Shown here one piece after another: positions 41,296 to 54,349 of a stretch of 64,000 nt of DNA. Source of the DNA: Eledone cirrhosa (lineage: Eukaryota); assembly GCA_964016885.1 (NCBI GenBank), contig CAXHJY010000301.1, forward strand, positions 152,487 through 216,486. The letters are read 5' to 3'. A program made the translations under genes and the position numbers. Positions within the stretch are counted from its first letter, which is position 1; every line of letters starts with the position of its first letter. A model generated the notes under the pieces. The model ran no database searches and was not told the origin of the DNA. It saw only the letters and a list, made by a program, of their open reading frames with translations.

Positions 41296-41822
41296 ATCAT
41301 CATCATCATTGTTTAACATCTATCTTCCACGCTAGCATGGGTTTAGATGGGAATTGTCCCACTTGAGGCAAGATTGGTCGTCTCGCTTGTATATGACTGT
41401 CTGGCAGGTTTTCTACGGCTGGATGCCCTTCCTAACACCAACCACGCTTACAATGTGGACTGGGGGTTTTTTACCGTGTTACCTACACGACTACATTACA
41501 GCTTGGACTGTGTTTTTTTGTCGTGACACCTATACAACCTCATTTATATAGGACTGGATGTTGTGGTACCAATATAACTTTACAAAGAAAGGGATTGTGT
41601 TGATGGGGGTGGGGTGAGTTGAGGTAGTGCGATGGGGGTGTATATTTGATTAAGACGTGCCTACTGACTTGGTTTTGCTTTTTATTTAGGGAAGGCGGGT
41701 CTTCTGTAATACTGCATAGCGCCAAAGATCTCGGTCCAGTGACATTGTCTTAGAGAGGTGTAAGTGTGTAAGGTCGGAATTTATCAAATCGTCCCAGGTT
41801 TTTCTGGGTCTGCCTACTCCGC
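41296..41822 (-). mobile_element. RTE-A-like 3' end
   Basis: ORF end plus A-type 3' UTR and tail. Confidence 0.82.
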
Positions 41823-41841
41823 AACTTTCATTAATTTTGAT

Positions 41842-42152
41842 CTACACCACCCCTTTCTCTGTAAAGTTATGTTGGTACCACAAGATCCAGTCCTAAATAA
41901 ATGATGTTGTGTAGGTGTCACAACAAAAAATCACACAGTCAACCCTGTAATGTAGCTGTGTAGGTAACACAGTAAAAACCTCCCAGTCCACACTGTAAAC
42001 GTGGTAGGTGTTAGGAAGGGCATCCAACCATAGAAAATCTGCCAGAGAGTCCTATACGAGCAAGACAACCAATCTTGCTTCAAGTGGGACAATTCCCGTC
42101 TAAACCCATGCAAGCGTGGAAGATAGATGTTAAACGATGATGATGATGATGA
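41842..42152 (+). mobile_element. RTE-A-like 3' UTR fragment, head-to-head with the previous one
   Basis: A-type UTR, terminal hairpin, (GAT)n. Confidence 0.8.
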
Positions 42153-42254
42153 TATATATGCATATATATATATATACATATATATATGCATACATATTTG
42201 CATATATATAATTATATATATATATATATACACACATACGCCCTTCCTATATAC

Positions 42255-42670
42255 GTTCATTTAGAATATAAAATTTTCTTATTTATTAAGGAGTGTTTGA
42301 AACATAACTTAATAAAGGTTCTTACATAAAATTATTATGGAAGGTTGTTAGATAAATGTATATATACACTTTAAATTTAAAATCAAGCCATATCGGAAAA
42401 AAATGGAGAAAACATGGATGAAAAATGGTGAGATATTATATTTATAGTTCTACTGGTGTTTAACCCTTTCATTGTAATGAATGTAGGTATGTAAGTACAT
42501 AACCATATTATTTGTTACCATATTTCCATTGAAAGACACTGCCTATAGTTTATGAATTTTTATGAAAATAATCAAGAATTTGGAGGGACATGATTACGCT
42601 GGTGTTTGGAATATAACTTTGGAAAGATTCTTACATAATATTATGATGGAAGGTTTTTAGATAAATATAC
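42255..42670. repeat. Diverged direct repeats (about 42293-42360 / 42601-42669), possibly piggyBac-type MITE remnants
   Basis: GTGTTTG.AA.ATAACTT..AAAG.TTCTTACATAA.ATTAT.ATGGAAGG twice; TTAACCCTTTC near 42460. Confidence 0.35.
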
Positions 42671-42759
42671 ACAAGAATTGAACCCACAACCTTATATTAG
42701 TTATTTCTGTTCTGTTGTAGAAATTTGAACTAACCTGGCACAAAGATATTCGTCCATGG

Positions 42760-43680
42760 AAGCGTAGTGTGTGTCTGGATGTATCACAGACAATATTGAA
42801 GGCTCCAGTCATCTTATACACCTGTCACGGAATGCAGGGTAATCAACGTTGGAAATATAACATTGTGAGTATAATGTGTCATATACATAAATATACAATT
42901 GTGATGGGTACACTGTAGATAAGTTCCATGAAGATTTAATAGCTACCTTCCGTAACGTAGAACTAAAGATAATAGTAGACTCCAACCTCTTTGAAGCTAA
43001 CTTCCTTGACTCAACTACAGCCTTTCCATAAGCCAAATGAAAAGCTACAATACATTAACATATGTTTCTGCCACCTAGCTGCATGATATTTGATTTATCT
43101 TCTACAGAAATATTTGATGAGGCAACTATTACAATAGAGCCCTCCAAGATTACAGCTTCAAAGATAAGATTCAAAATACATCAAACATCTTTCCACAAAA
43201 TAGGTCTAGGAAAATTAGCTGGTTCACAGCTTCTTACTCCCTAAATGTAAAAACTAAGGTAAGCAAAAAATTCCTAGAATAATAGATAAGCCTTTTCCCC
43301 TGCAGCACAGATATAGTAGGATCTTCAGTAGGCACTCCATAAATATCAGTTATTCATGTGGCCCTAATGTGAAGTCAATGATAACTGCATGACATACACA
43401 CAAAAACCAAGAGAAGAACATGGGTGCTCATGCAGGATAAAGGACGAATGTCCTCTACATTAAGTCCATAATATAGAAAATCAATGTTACTTGACAACAC
43501 TAGCTAAGCTGTGAGCAGAAAACAATATGTGGTTTGGTACAAGGCAGGTTTAAGCAAAGATTTTACTCACATGTCTGGCCCTTCAGACTCCCTGAAATGA
43601 AATCAGCTCCTGCCATAGCAAAACATGTGGGAATTGATTAATAGATCAACAAAATATTTTGTACCAGTGAAAATACAGAG
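42760..43680 (+). pseudogene. Highly decayed Penelope-like remnant
   Basis: Fragments ELKIIVDSNLFEANFLD, PFHKPNEKLQYIN, ISYSCGPNVKSMI, CSCRIKDECPL. Confidence 0.65.
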
Positions 43681-44189
43681 TACTCCTGGACTTTAAAATC
43701 TAATGCATACCTTAACTTCCCAAAATGAAGTTTTCAGCAGCTATTTGCATGTCAATATGTACTTGATTTTCTCTTGGCTGCATCGAACTCCAGACATACA
43801 TCCTACACAGCTACATACAAAACCCCCCTTAAAAGTACTTTACATGCTCACAGTCACAATAACCCCCCCCCCCCCCATCCTCTCTCAGCACTTCACTTTA
43901 TAAGTACCTCCCTATACTCAACAATTTGACATAATCCTCTCTCCATGATCACATCACCTTTATATCTTCCTGTTATCTCAACTTTTCTTTTTCACACATT
44001 CAATTCTATGACCTAAAAATTTACACACATTGGATAAATTTTAATTCTGGAGTTATCTCCCCTCCTCAAATTATACATTTTCTGTGACTTCACTCTTTCT
44101 TCAAGACGTTTTGCCAAATTTCGTTCAGATATTCTTTTAAGGTCTTCTCCAGAAAGGAGTGCACCAGCCAACAAAATAGGACAATAAAG

Positions 44190-44560
44190 GTAAATGCTTT
44201 GCTCCAGCAAAAATCTTTTAGTTGTTTAGTATGAACTTCCAATTGTCCTCTATATCATATGCACTTAACTACCATTTCTTCTCATCATATGAACCACATA
44301 GAGCTTTCCTGAAACTATATTTAACAGAAAGGTCCTTCAGTTTCCAAACTCTCCTCTGCAGATTTTTTTGCACTTCTTGTTCTATCTTGTGCTTATTTTG
44401 ATGTCTCTAACAACTACCTTATGTTGGGTAGTGCATTCTTCTCCAGAAAAAGACTTAACATATATAAGCATCTTTCTATCTTATTTTCTAACAAGAAAGA
44501 AGTCAATCTGGCTTGTGTGTTCATTTGATTGTTATATTATAATCACAGATGGTTAAATTT
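44190..44560 (-). pseudogene. Decayed RTE endonuclease-region remnant
   Basis: Minus strand reads EHTSQIDFFLVRK...SGEECTTQHKVVVRD. Confidence 0.55.
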
Positions 44561-44944
44561 CCAAAGCACCAAGTGTGCGTGGGTGGAGTGGCAGTAAATT
44601 AGTTGAATAGGTTTATAGTATGATTGTGATAAGTGGTTGTTGGTGGACATGAAGAGGACAGACTTGAACAGGGAGGCTGTGGAAAGGGAGGCTGGGTTGG
44701 TGTGATATGACATTGGTCAATATGCAGATAGTGTTGAGTTGGCAACAGATATTTTACATAAAATAAATGCAAAAATATTATTGGTAGAGAGCAGAGAGCC
44801 AGAATGAATATTGCAAAGCATTCTATCCAACATTCTAACAACTCTGTCAATTTGTCATCTAGCCAACCAAAGGCTTAAATAACATGCCTGTAACATCCAT
44901 CTAATTTATCTAAATATAACCTAAGCCAAAACCACCCCAATACA

Positions 44945-45192
44945 TCAGTCCACCCTGTAAGATGGTCATGCTGGTGACACAACAAAAAGTACGCAATCCA
45001 CCCTGTAAGGTTGTCATGCTAGTGACATGATAAAAAGCACCCAGTTCACGCTGTTATGTGGTTAGTGTTAGGCAGGACATTCAGCCATAGAAAACACCAT
45101 ATGAGCATGATGTGGTCTCTAATCCTGACTTGTCTCATAATGTGACAATACGTCTAACCTATAGTAGTGGGGAAAAAATAAACGTTAAATGA
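44945..45192 (+). mobile_element. Old RTE/SINE 3' module with about 50-bp subrepeats
   Basis: CAGTCCACCCTGTAAG..GTCATGCT.GTGACA..AAAAAG repeated; decayed terminal hairpin. Confidence 0.6.
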
Positions 45193-45194
45193 TT

Positions 45195-46035
45195 AGTCAT
45201 AAAACACAACTAATCACTTACAACAATCGACTGTTGACATTTGATGTAAATCGGTGGTATTTGGAGTCTGTGGATTTATAGAAAATGTCTGTTTCTATTT
45301 TTCCGTCTGTTTTTGAAATTATGATATCTCACCTGGTTAGTTCCTTGGTATTAAACTCAATTGTGAATTGGATGTTGCTGTTAAGGTTATTTATCACATT
45401 CTTTAGTTCTGTGTGTGTATCAAGGTTTTCCTGTCATAAGATAAAACAATCGTCCAGGTACCTTTTCCAGTTGTTTTTTAGTTGTGTGTGAAATCAGTCT
45501 CCCAATAATAATTGTTTCTACTTTTGGCACAAGGCCAGCAATTACCCAGTGCATTACTGGTACTTTATTTTAGCGACCCCGTAAGGATGAAAGGCAAAGT
45601 AAACCTCGGCGCGATTCGAACTCAGAATGGCAAGGGACGTAACTCATTGCGTCAAAGCATAGCGTCCGACCGTCTACCTATACTAGCTTCTGTCATGGAG
45701 TCACATGACTAAATTGGTGTATATAGGGACTACTTCCATTGTAGGTCCTGATATTTGTCAGTACACAGATCCATTGAACGAAAAGTAATTGTTATGTAGA
45801 ATTAATTTGAGTCCATCAAGGATGAAGTCTTTTGCAATTCATATTATTAGTCTCAATACAATATATCCATCTCATTGGTGTCATTTGCTGATGTAACGAT
45901 TGTATACTAGCATCACTGAAATATGTGTTGTGTAATCAATATGATTATGCAATCATAATGCTAGATATCTACTATGAGGACTGCTTTACCTGATTACACC
46001 TGTTTCTCAACGAGACATCACTGCAACTCTCTCGT
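45195..46035 (-). pseudogene. Decayed Penelope-like RT of a different (YLDD-type) lineage, interrupted by a SINE
   Basis: Minus strand FILDGLKLILHNNYFSFNG..., WKRYLDDCFIL, NIQFTIE, IETDIFYKSTDS. Confidence 0.7.
45504..45692 (-). mobile_element. Second SINE family (B box GAGTTCGAATC, (TTA)n-like tail)
   Basis: Core TTTGCCTTTCATCCTTACGGGGTCGCTAAAATAAAGTACCAG; a related tail remnant lies near 35037-35110. Confidence 0.6.
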
Positions 46036-46039
46036 ATAT

Positions 46040-46305
46040 ATCATCATCATCATCGTTTAACGTCCATCTTCCACGCTAGCATGGGTTTGGACGGGGGTTT
46101 TCCCACTTGAGGCAAGATTGGTTGTCTAGCTCGTATAGGACTGTCTGGCAGGTTTTCTACGGCTGGATGCTCTTCCTAACACCAACCACATTTACAGTGT
46201 GGACTGGGAGGTTTTTACCGTGTTACCTACACGGCCACATTACAGCGTGGACTGTGTGTTTTTTTTGTCGTGACACCTACACAACCTCATTTATTTAGGA
46301 CTGGA
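46040..46305 (-). mobile_element. RTE-A 3' UTR fragment
   Basis: A-type UTR with (GAT)n tail. Confidence 0.85.
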
Positions 46306-46317
46306 ATATATATATAT

Positions 46318-47010
46318 ACATCATCATTTTTACGTCTTTTTCCATGCTTGCATGGGTTGGACAGGTGCTTTTCAGCACAGCACCTCTTCACACACTGCAT
46401 TCCTTCATCATCTCTGTGAATCAGAGCAATTTGAGATCAGTTCTCACCATCTCAGCCCAGATCTTTCTTGGTCTACCACTACTGCAGCTTCCTTCCACTG
46501 GGATTTCCTGGCACTTATTCACCCAGTAATTATCATCCATGTACATCGCATATTCGTACCACACAGTCTTCTCTTGTACACCACTTTGGATTCCTCTTCT
46601 GTCCACTTTATCCCTCAGTTCATCCAAGATCTACCTTTCTCTCACACTTACATTGCACTTCCAACAAAGCATGGTTGCTTCATTTCTCTCCAGCCTACAC
46701 ATGTCCTCTGCAGCCACAGCTCATATTTCACTATTATGAAGCATCACACCTAACACACAGGCATCATACAGTCATATTTTTGTATGTATGGTGAAACCTT
46801 TTGTTGTCAACAGTGGTAGTAGCTCTCTAAACTTCTATCCTTTCCATGTTCTAGCTATTATGTTCTCAGAGCACCCTCCTCCACTGCTAATTAAGTCGCC
46901 TAGATAACAGAAACTATCAACCACTTCTTTGGATCCTTTCTGGGATTGGAAAAGGTTTTACATCACTGATACTCTTCCCCTCGACTACCCCTGTGTATTT
47001 TCTGCATACA
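46318..47010 (-). pseudogene. Older RTE 3' fragment with a C-like direct end
   Basis: VVDSFCYLGD, GRPRKIWAEMVRTDL, terminal hairpin CCAACCCATGCAAGCATGG. Confidence 0.72.
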
Positions 47011-47014
47011 GAGT

Positions 47015-49985
47015 CTTCATCATCATCGTTTAATGTCCATCTTCCATGCTTGCTTGGGTTTGGATGGGAGTTTTCCCACTTGAGGCAAGAGTGGTTGTCT
47101 TGCTCGCATAGACATGTCTGGCGGGTTTTCTATGGCTGGATGCCCTTCCTAACACCAACCACGTTTACAGTGTGGACTGGGAGGTTTTTACCGTGTTACC
47201 TACACGGCCACATTACAGCGTGGACTGCGTGTTTTTTTGTCGTGACACCTACACGACCTCATTTGTTTTGGACTGGATGTTGTGGCACCAACAACTTTAC
47301 ATTGAAAGGGGTGGTGTGGATGGGAGTGATCCCACTACATCTTTTATGCACCCATACTTTGCATTTGGGACATAAAATGGAGTTTCTACCTACTCCTTTC
47401 CTACACACTGAGCATGGCCATTTCCCGGATGGGACCGGTGCCCTATTTTCCTTCCTACAAACTAGAAGTTTAGTCTTAGACAGGTTAATTTTAAGGCCTT
47501 TTGATTCTAGGCCATGCTTCCATGTTTGGAATTTCTTCTCTAGTTCAGCCATTGATTCAGCTATGAGCGTTAGATCATCTGCGTATAGGAGTTCCCATGG
47601 GCAGCCGGTCTTGAACTCCACTGTTATAGCCTGAAGGGCAATAATAAATAGTAGGGGGCTAAGAACGGAGCCCTGATGAACACCAACTTTTACGCTAAAC
47701 TCTTGACTATATTCGTTGTTAATTCTAACCTTGCTGACTGTTTCTTTATACATGGCTTGTATAGCTCTCACAAGCCATTCATCAACACGTAGTTTTCTAA
47801 GAGCCCACCAGATAATGGAACGGGGGACACTATCAAAGGCTTTCTCCAAGTCGACAAAAGCTAAGTATAGGGATTTACTTTTAGCTAGGTACTTCTCCTG
47901 TAGTTGTCACACAATGAAAAGAGCATCTGTGGTACTTTTACCTGACACAAACCCGAACTGCATTTCATCTAGATCAATTCGCTCTCTGATTAGTTGCGCT
48001 ATTACTTTTTCTGTGACCTTCATGACCTGGTCGATTAATTTAATGCCTCTATAGTTACCCCTATCTAGGGCATCTCCTTTACCCTTGTAGCAGTTAATGA
48101 TGATGCTGCTACACCAGTCCTTCGGAACAACCCCATTCTGTGTGACTTGGTTTACTATCCGGGTGGCCATGGTGTGTCCCACCGTTCCAGAAGCTTTCAG
48201 CATTTCAGCAACTATTTCCGAAGGCCCAGCCGCCTTACCTGTCTTCATATCTTTGATTGCCTTACTTATTATACTACCTTCGACTAACACTGCTGGTCTC
48301 TCTACTGGATCGATGTGGGGGAGACTGTCTTTCTCCCATTTATTCTCCTCATTTAGTAGCCTTTCGTAGTGACACTTCCAAGCTACCTTCTTATCAGCGT
48401 CAGTGATGGCAAGTATGCCATCATCATTAAGGACACACTTCTCCCCGACAATATCACGGTTTTCCTTGATACATTGCCTAGCAATGCTGAACACCTCACG
48501 TTTTTGGTCCTCGATTGTAGAACATGCTTGAACTTTTCTTTCCTTTGCTTCCCTTCTTGCGGAGTACACTTGTCTCCTAGCTTCCCTCCTGGCCACTTGA
48601 TAGTCCTCTCTACACCCCCCATCCCGCCATACTTTCCAAGCCTGCTTTTTGGCCTTAATTGACTCCTCCACCTTACTGTTCCACCACCACGTTACTCTCC
48701 TCCTGCCTATAGGCCTGCTCCAGCCACAGACTTCATATGCCGCCATCAGCAGGTTTGCTTTCAGGAACTCCCACTGTTCCTCTATATTGTAAGACTCTAA
48801 TTGCTCTTCTTTACTGTCGAAAGCATCAAGTAATATGCTTTGAAATTTATTACTGGCTGTGGGGTCCTTTAACTTCCATATTTTTCTCCTGAGGATAGTC
48901 CTCTTCTGTTGTCGAGTACATCTCGTCCTGACTATGAGGTCGCTAATTATCAGTCTATGTTGCGAGGTGCATTCTTCATGGGGGAGGGATTTAGTGTTTA
49001 CAACAGACACTCTGTCACGTCTTCTGGTAAGGATATAATCTACCTGGCTGGTATGTTCCCCTGATCTATAGGTGATCAAGTGATTGTCTCGTTTTTCGAA
49101 GTTAGTGTTACAGATAGCTAGGTTATTTGCGTCACAGAATTCCAGGATTCTGGAGCCTTCCTCATTTCTAGTACCAAAGCCATAGCCTCCATGGATTCCG
49201 TCATAGCCGTCACAATGTTGTCCGTGACCATTTAGGTCGCCAGCAATAATTATATAGTCACTGTCGGTTATTTGGGAGGTAGTGAGCATCAGTGTCTCAT
49301 AGAATCTGTCTTTTATAGCGCCGGGCAGTCCGGATTGGAGTGCGTACGCAGATATTACTGTCACAGTAGTTCTATTTAGAACAAGTCTTATTTTAATTAT
49401 TCTGTCATTCAGTCTATTTACGTCTATTATCTTATCCACCCATTTTTCTGCTAACATGATTCCTACCCCACCCAGCCCATTGTCTTTCCCACCCAGAAAA
49501 GCTTATAGCATCGTTTTTTACCCACAATGAATCTAGCAGACCCGCCCCTCCACCTGGTCTCTTGGATACAGCAAACATCAACCTCCTTACGTTCAAGCAT
49601 TTCTACAACCTCGTTAGAGCGACCCTTTAAGGTGCCTACATTCATGGTACCAACTCTGAAGTTTTGGATTGCGTTTGGTGGGTGGGGCGCGGGGAAGGGT
49701 GATTGGGTTGGGGTTGGGATTATGTTGGCCATCCGCGGCCGAAACAAAGAGGAGTCCTTGCCCTTTCGTCCGGCAACATGAGGTGAATTTGTCGTTATCT
49801 TTGGCATTGTCTCCGAGTGTCCAGATTCTTCAGACTCTCCAGAAATTCCTTAGTCCATCCATCATATCGAAAAGCAACCAGGAGAAGTGATAGCATAGGC
49901 CGCTGACTTATGATTGGTCCAAATAATAATGGTGGAGCGTGGGGGCGGGAGGGAAGGGTATGGGGTAGTTAGCGAGGATTCTGGG
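47015..49985 (-). mobile_element. RTE family A with 5' UTR, disrupted ORF and internal deletion from mid-PHD to 3' UTR
   Basis: ORFs 49463-49807, 47907-49457, 47259-47849; junction near 47325. Confidence 0.92.
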
Positions 49986-50169
49986 CGATTATACAGATAT
50001 ATGGATGAATGAACCGAAAGGTGGGGAGACAAGAAGAAATGGTATTTTTACATTACATTTCGTAGAAGTGGACTGACCATTAATAAGAGTTGACAAATTC
50101 TGAGATTCGTACCTCGTAACAGGTTTATTTATATTTGGTGCGAGTAGGGAGTGATCGAGAGAGAGAGGG

Positions 50170-50675
50170 AGCCTTCCTGTTATCCCACTACATTTCTTGT
50201 GTACCGACAATTTACATTGTGTACATTGTATATAGTTTATGCCTACTCCTTTTCTAATTATTGAACAGAGTCAATTCCCTGGGGGAATCAGGGTCCTATC
50301 TTCTTTCTTACTTACTAGCACTATATTTTTCGGTAAGTTTACTCTCAGACCTTTTCATTAACTGAGGGCTAAGAACCAAATCCTGATGGACTCTTACCTG
50401 TATCTTGAATTTCATTACTAAACTCAATTCCTACTCTCTCTTTTCTGAGATTGCACTGTTCTCACAAGCCATACTTCTACACCTAATTTCCTTAAGGACC
50501 ACCAGAAAATAGATCGAGGTACTCTGTCAAAGGCCTTTTCTAGATCAACGAAAATCTAAATATAGCAGCTTATTCTTTGCTAGGAACTTCCCTTGTAGTT
50601 ACCTCACTAAAAAGAGGGCACCTGTTGTACCTTTCCCAGGCAGAAACTAAACAGCATCTCGTCTAATTTGACTCT
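50170..50675 (-). pseudogene. Decayed RTE RT/PHD remnant
   Basis: SSRVKLDEM, DLEKAFDRVPRS, CSIIRKGVGINYIQCTQCKLSVHKKCSGITG. Confidence 0.7.
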
Positions 50676-50679
50676 AGAA

Positions 50680-52090
50680 CTCTTTTCACAGTCAACACAG
50701 GCTGGACATTGGTGTAAGAAGGAGTTTGTTGCTGCTGCCCTTAGTTTACCTTCGTACTGTGCTGTGGGCTCATCCGGGATCCTGGATAGCAGAGTGTTTC
50801 TTGAAAACATCCATGTCCACACCATGCAGATCTCTCAAATTCCTTGGCAGCTTGTTGAAGAGTTGAGGGCCTTTGAACCCCAGGCTATTGCAATATCTGC
50901 TCCTTATTCTAGATGTGGAAGACAAGACCTTTGGCACCACACAATGATGTCCTTTTCAGGAGTTGGTCCAGCTCCCAATGCCAAAGTTTGGTGCTAGTCC
51001 CTCCAGGATTTTCCATATGTATATCACTGTGTATCTCTCCTGTCTTCGTTCCAAGGAGTAGAGTTTCATTTCTTTTAGCCTCTCCCAGTAGCTTATCTCC
51101 TTCATCATGGCAATCCTCTTGGTGTAGCTTCGTTGGATTGCTTCAAGCTCCTGTGGTTAGTTTGATACTATGCGTGACCACAGCTGGGAGAATTAGTCCA
51201 GTTGGCTTAGGACAAATGTCCTCCATAGTATTAACATGGTTTCTTGGTCTCTTGTCTGAAAAATCCTCAAGATCCAGCCAGCGAGTCATCTGCACATTGT
51301 TGTCACTTTCTTAATGTGTGAAGAAAAAGATGCATCATCTCGCATGTCTATTCCCAGATCTTGTATCGATTCCAACATGGGAATTTCGTTCCCTCCTTGT
51401 CCGGTGTAACTGTGTTGTACTGTATTTGTGTTTGTACGTTGGTATTGTTGGGCTTGAAATTTTCCAGCATTAAATTGCATGTTGTTGTCCTCAGCCCATT
51501 TCATCATCAACATCATCATCTTCATTTAACGTCCATCTTCCACGCTAGCATGGGTTAGACATTTGTATATGGTATCCAGATCTTTTTGTAAAAGGGCAGC
51601 ATCAGCCGGGTTTTTGATTGCCTGTGCTACCTTTCTGTCATCAGCATAGCTAGTGAGGGATGTTGTTGTATGTACTACAGAGGGCATGTCTGAGAGACCC
51701 ACCAAAAACAGTAGTGGTCTCAGGACTGTGTCCTGGGACACCCCACTTGTTATTGACGTTCCCTTTGAGAGGGCCCCGTTTGCTGCGACTGTCTGGCTTC
51801 TGTCCTTTAAGAAGTCGTGCAGCCACTCGCCTAATTTCTCAGTTAGGCCGAGTCTATGTAGTTTGTGACATATTCCGTGGTCGACCTTGTCAAAGGCCTT
51901 CACAAAGTCAAGATATATCACGTCCATATGTAAGCTGTCTAACAGTTGTTTCAGTACCCAGTTGTAGTGATGTAGCAGCTGAGTAAGGCAGCTTCTTCCT
52001 TGGTGAAAGCCATGCTGCGTGCTAGTCAGGCGGTCATTCTCTCTCGAGGAACGTGATCAGTTTCTTTCTGATGATTCGCTCCATGACCTT
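50680..52090 (-). mobile_element. CR1/L2-group LINE RT remnant
   Basis: QHGF..RSCLTQL, DVIYLDFVKAFDKVDHG, GVSQDTVL.PLLF, YADD.K, LQKDLD, WAEDNNMQFNAGK. Confidence 0.8.
51502..51560 (-). mobile_element. 59-bp RTE terminal hairpin + (GAT)n insertion in the CR1-like remnant
   Basis: Splits IYK/WAED; flanked by ATTT direct repeat (51498-51501, 51561-51564). Confidence 0.75.
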
Positions 52091-52156
52091 ACTGATATGT
52101 GTATATATATATATGTGTGTGTACATGTATATATGTATGTATATATATATATATAC

Positions 52157-52187
<31 letters not shown>

Positions 52188-52198
52188 TATATGTACAT

Positions 52199-52611
52199 GT
52201 CTGCTGTACGGGTCTGAGACTTGGGTACTGACCAAGAAACTCACTCATTAGTGGATGGGTGTCTACACGAGATTGTTGAGGATGGCTCTGAACATCAATG
52301 AGTATACACTGAGGATGAAAAAATTCAGAGCTGTATGGGAGCCTCCCAAAAGTCAGCTCAAAAGTGACACAGAGGAGACTGAGGTTAGCTGGACATGCTC
52401 ACCGATATCCAGAGTTGACATTGCACTCAGTGCTCCTGTGGGAGCCCCATGGACACACTGGAAGAGGAAGACCAAAGTTAACGTATATTGATGCCCTAAG
52501 GACAGACACTCGTCTGTTGGAGATGCAGGACATGGCAGCGATAATGAGGGACAGAGACCACCTGGAGAGAACTTGTCCATGGATCTCAGGAATTTTACCC
52601 ACCCTAGATAG

Positions 52612-52612
<1 letters not shown>
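52199..52612 (+). mobile_element. RTE family D 3' fragment
   Basis: Homologous to about 11497-11905; ends CCCTAGATAGATA. Confidence 0.85.
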
Positions 52613-52649
<37 letters not shown>

Positions 52650-52694
52650 GTATGTTTGTATATGTATGTATATATATGTATGTATATGTATATG

Positions 52695-53700
52695 TATCAT
52701 CATCACCATTTTACATCCATTCTTTCATGCTAGCATGGGTTAGATGGGTTGCCCTGTTGTGGACAATGCCAGGTCAGGTGACCATCTCTTGCTCATATGG
52801 GAACTGATCTTAGCTTGATTTCTACAGCTGGATGCCCTTCCCAACACCAACCTCATTTACAGTGAGTACTAGGAGCTTTTTTTTCGTGGCGCATACACGA
52901 CCACTTTACAGTGTGGGCTGGGTGATTTTTTGACGTGACACCTACACGACCACTTTGCAGTCGGAGTGGGTGGGGGCATATTGTCTATATGCTTCAGCTT
53001 CAGCTTGTACCCGTGGGAAGTTGGTTCTTCTGTATTACAGCGTAATGCCAGAGGTCTTGGTCCTGTGTCATTGCCTTTGAGAGGTGTAATTGGGCAAGGT
53101 CTGCTTTTATCACCTCATCCCAGGTCTTCTTGGAGCTCCCCACTCCAAGGCTTCCATCAACTTTTAGTGCTCTGCTCCTTTTTATGCATCTGTCATCCTT
53201 CATACACATCACATGTCCATACCAATGCAACCTCCTCTCCTGCACACAGCATTTGATTCCTTGTATGCCTAGTCTCTCTCTTAATTCGTTTATGCTTTGC
53301 CGTTCGCATATATTACCATTACACATCCATTGGAGCATACAAGCTTCGTTTCTTTCTAATTTACACAAGTCTTCTACAGACAGTGCCCAGGTCTCACAAC
53401 CATGTAACATTGCTGTTCGTATACACGCATCATACAGTCTGCCTTTCATTTTGCGGGAAAAACCTTTTGCAGCTAGCAGTGGCAGTAGCTCCCTGAACTT
53501 CTTCCATCCCGTTCTTACCCTGGTTATTGTACTTTCCGAACACCCACCTCAGCTGCTAATGTGGTCACCTAGGTAGCAGAAGCTGTCTACTGTTTCGACA
53601 GAGCCCTCACAGAGTTTGGTGGTACTTGTTTCCTGAGGCGGTTTGTGGCTTACTGTCCTGGTGCAGCTGCTACATGTGAAGCCTATATTCTTAACTAAAC
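52695..53700 (-). mobile_element. RTE family B 3' fragment
   Basis: ORF 53000-53449 plus B-type 3' UTR. Confidence 0.87.
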
Positions 53701-54154
53701 TCAGTAATAGAGAAGACCCGCCTTACCTAAATACAAAGTAAAACCTACTACAGTCAGTAGGCATCTCTAACAAAATACCCCCCCCCCCCCCATCCGCACC
53801 GCCCCTTTCAATGTAAAGTTATGTTGGTGCCACAACATCCAGGCTGAAACAAATGAGATCGTGTAGGTGTCACGACAAAAAACACACAGTCCACACTGTA
53901 ATGTGGCCGTGTAGGCAACACGGTAAAAACCTCCCAGTCCCACACTGTAAATGTGGTTGGTGTTAGGAAGGGCATCCAGCTGTAGAAAACACGCCAGACA
54001 GTCCACGCTGTAATGTGGCCGTGTAGGCAACACAGTAAAAACCTCCCAGCCCCACACTGTAAATGTGGTTGGTGTTAGGGAGGGCATCCAGCTGTAGAAA
54101 ACCCGCCAGACAGTGGAACATGGACGTTAAACGATGATGATGATGATGATGATG
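53701..54154 (+). mobile_element. RTE-A 3' end with duplicated unit and partly deleted terminal hairpin
   Basis: EKTRLT* followed by A-type UTR. Confidence 0.85.
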
Positions 54155-54307
54155 AAACTTCCTGAGATCCCACTACATCTCTTATGTACCCATTGTTTCC
54201 ATTTAAGGCAGAGGATGGATTTCCTACGTACTGAGCAAGGCTATTTCCCTGAGGGGATCTGGGTTCTGTTTTCCCAGATCCCCTCAGGGAAATGGCCTTG
54301 CTCAGTA
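54155..54307 (-). mobile_element. Small RTE-B fragment ending in a 35-bp fold-back
   Basis: Arms 54229-54263 / 54273-54307, one mismatch. Confidence 0.8.
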
Positions 54308-54349
54308 TATATGTATATGTTTATATATGTATATGTGTATATGTATATA

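Noticed and set aside
43690-44940. Host gene exons in the less repetitive stretch
   Set aside because: Only short ORFs with no recognisable domains; partly decayed RTE sequence
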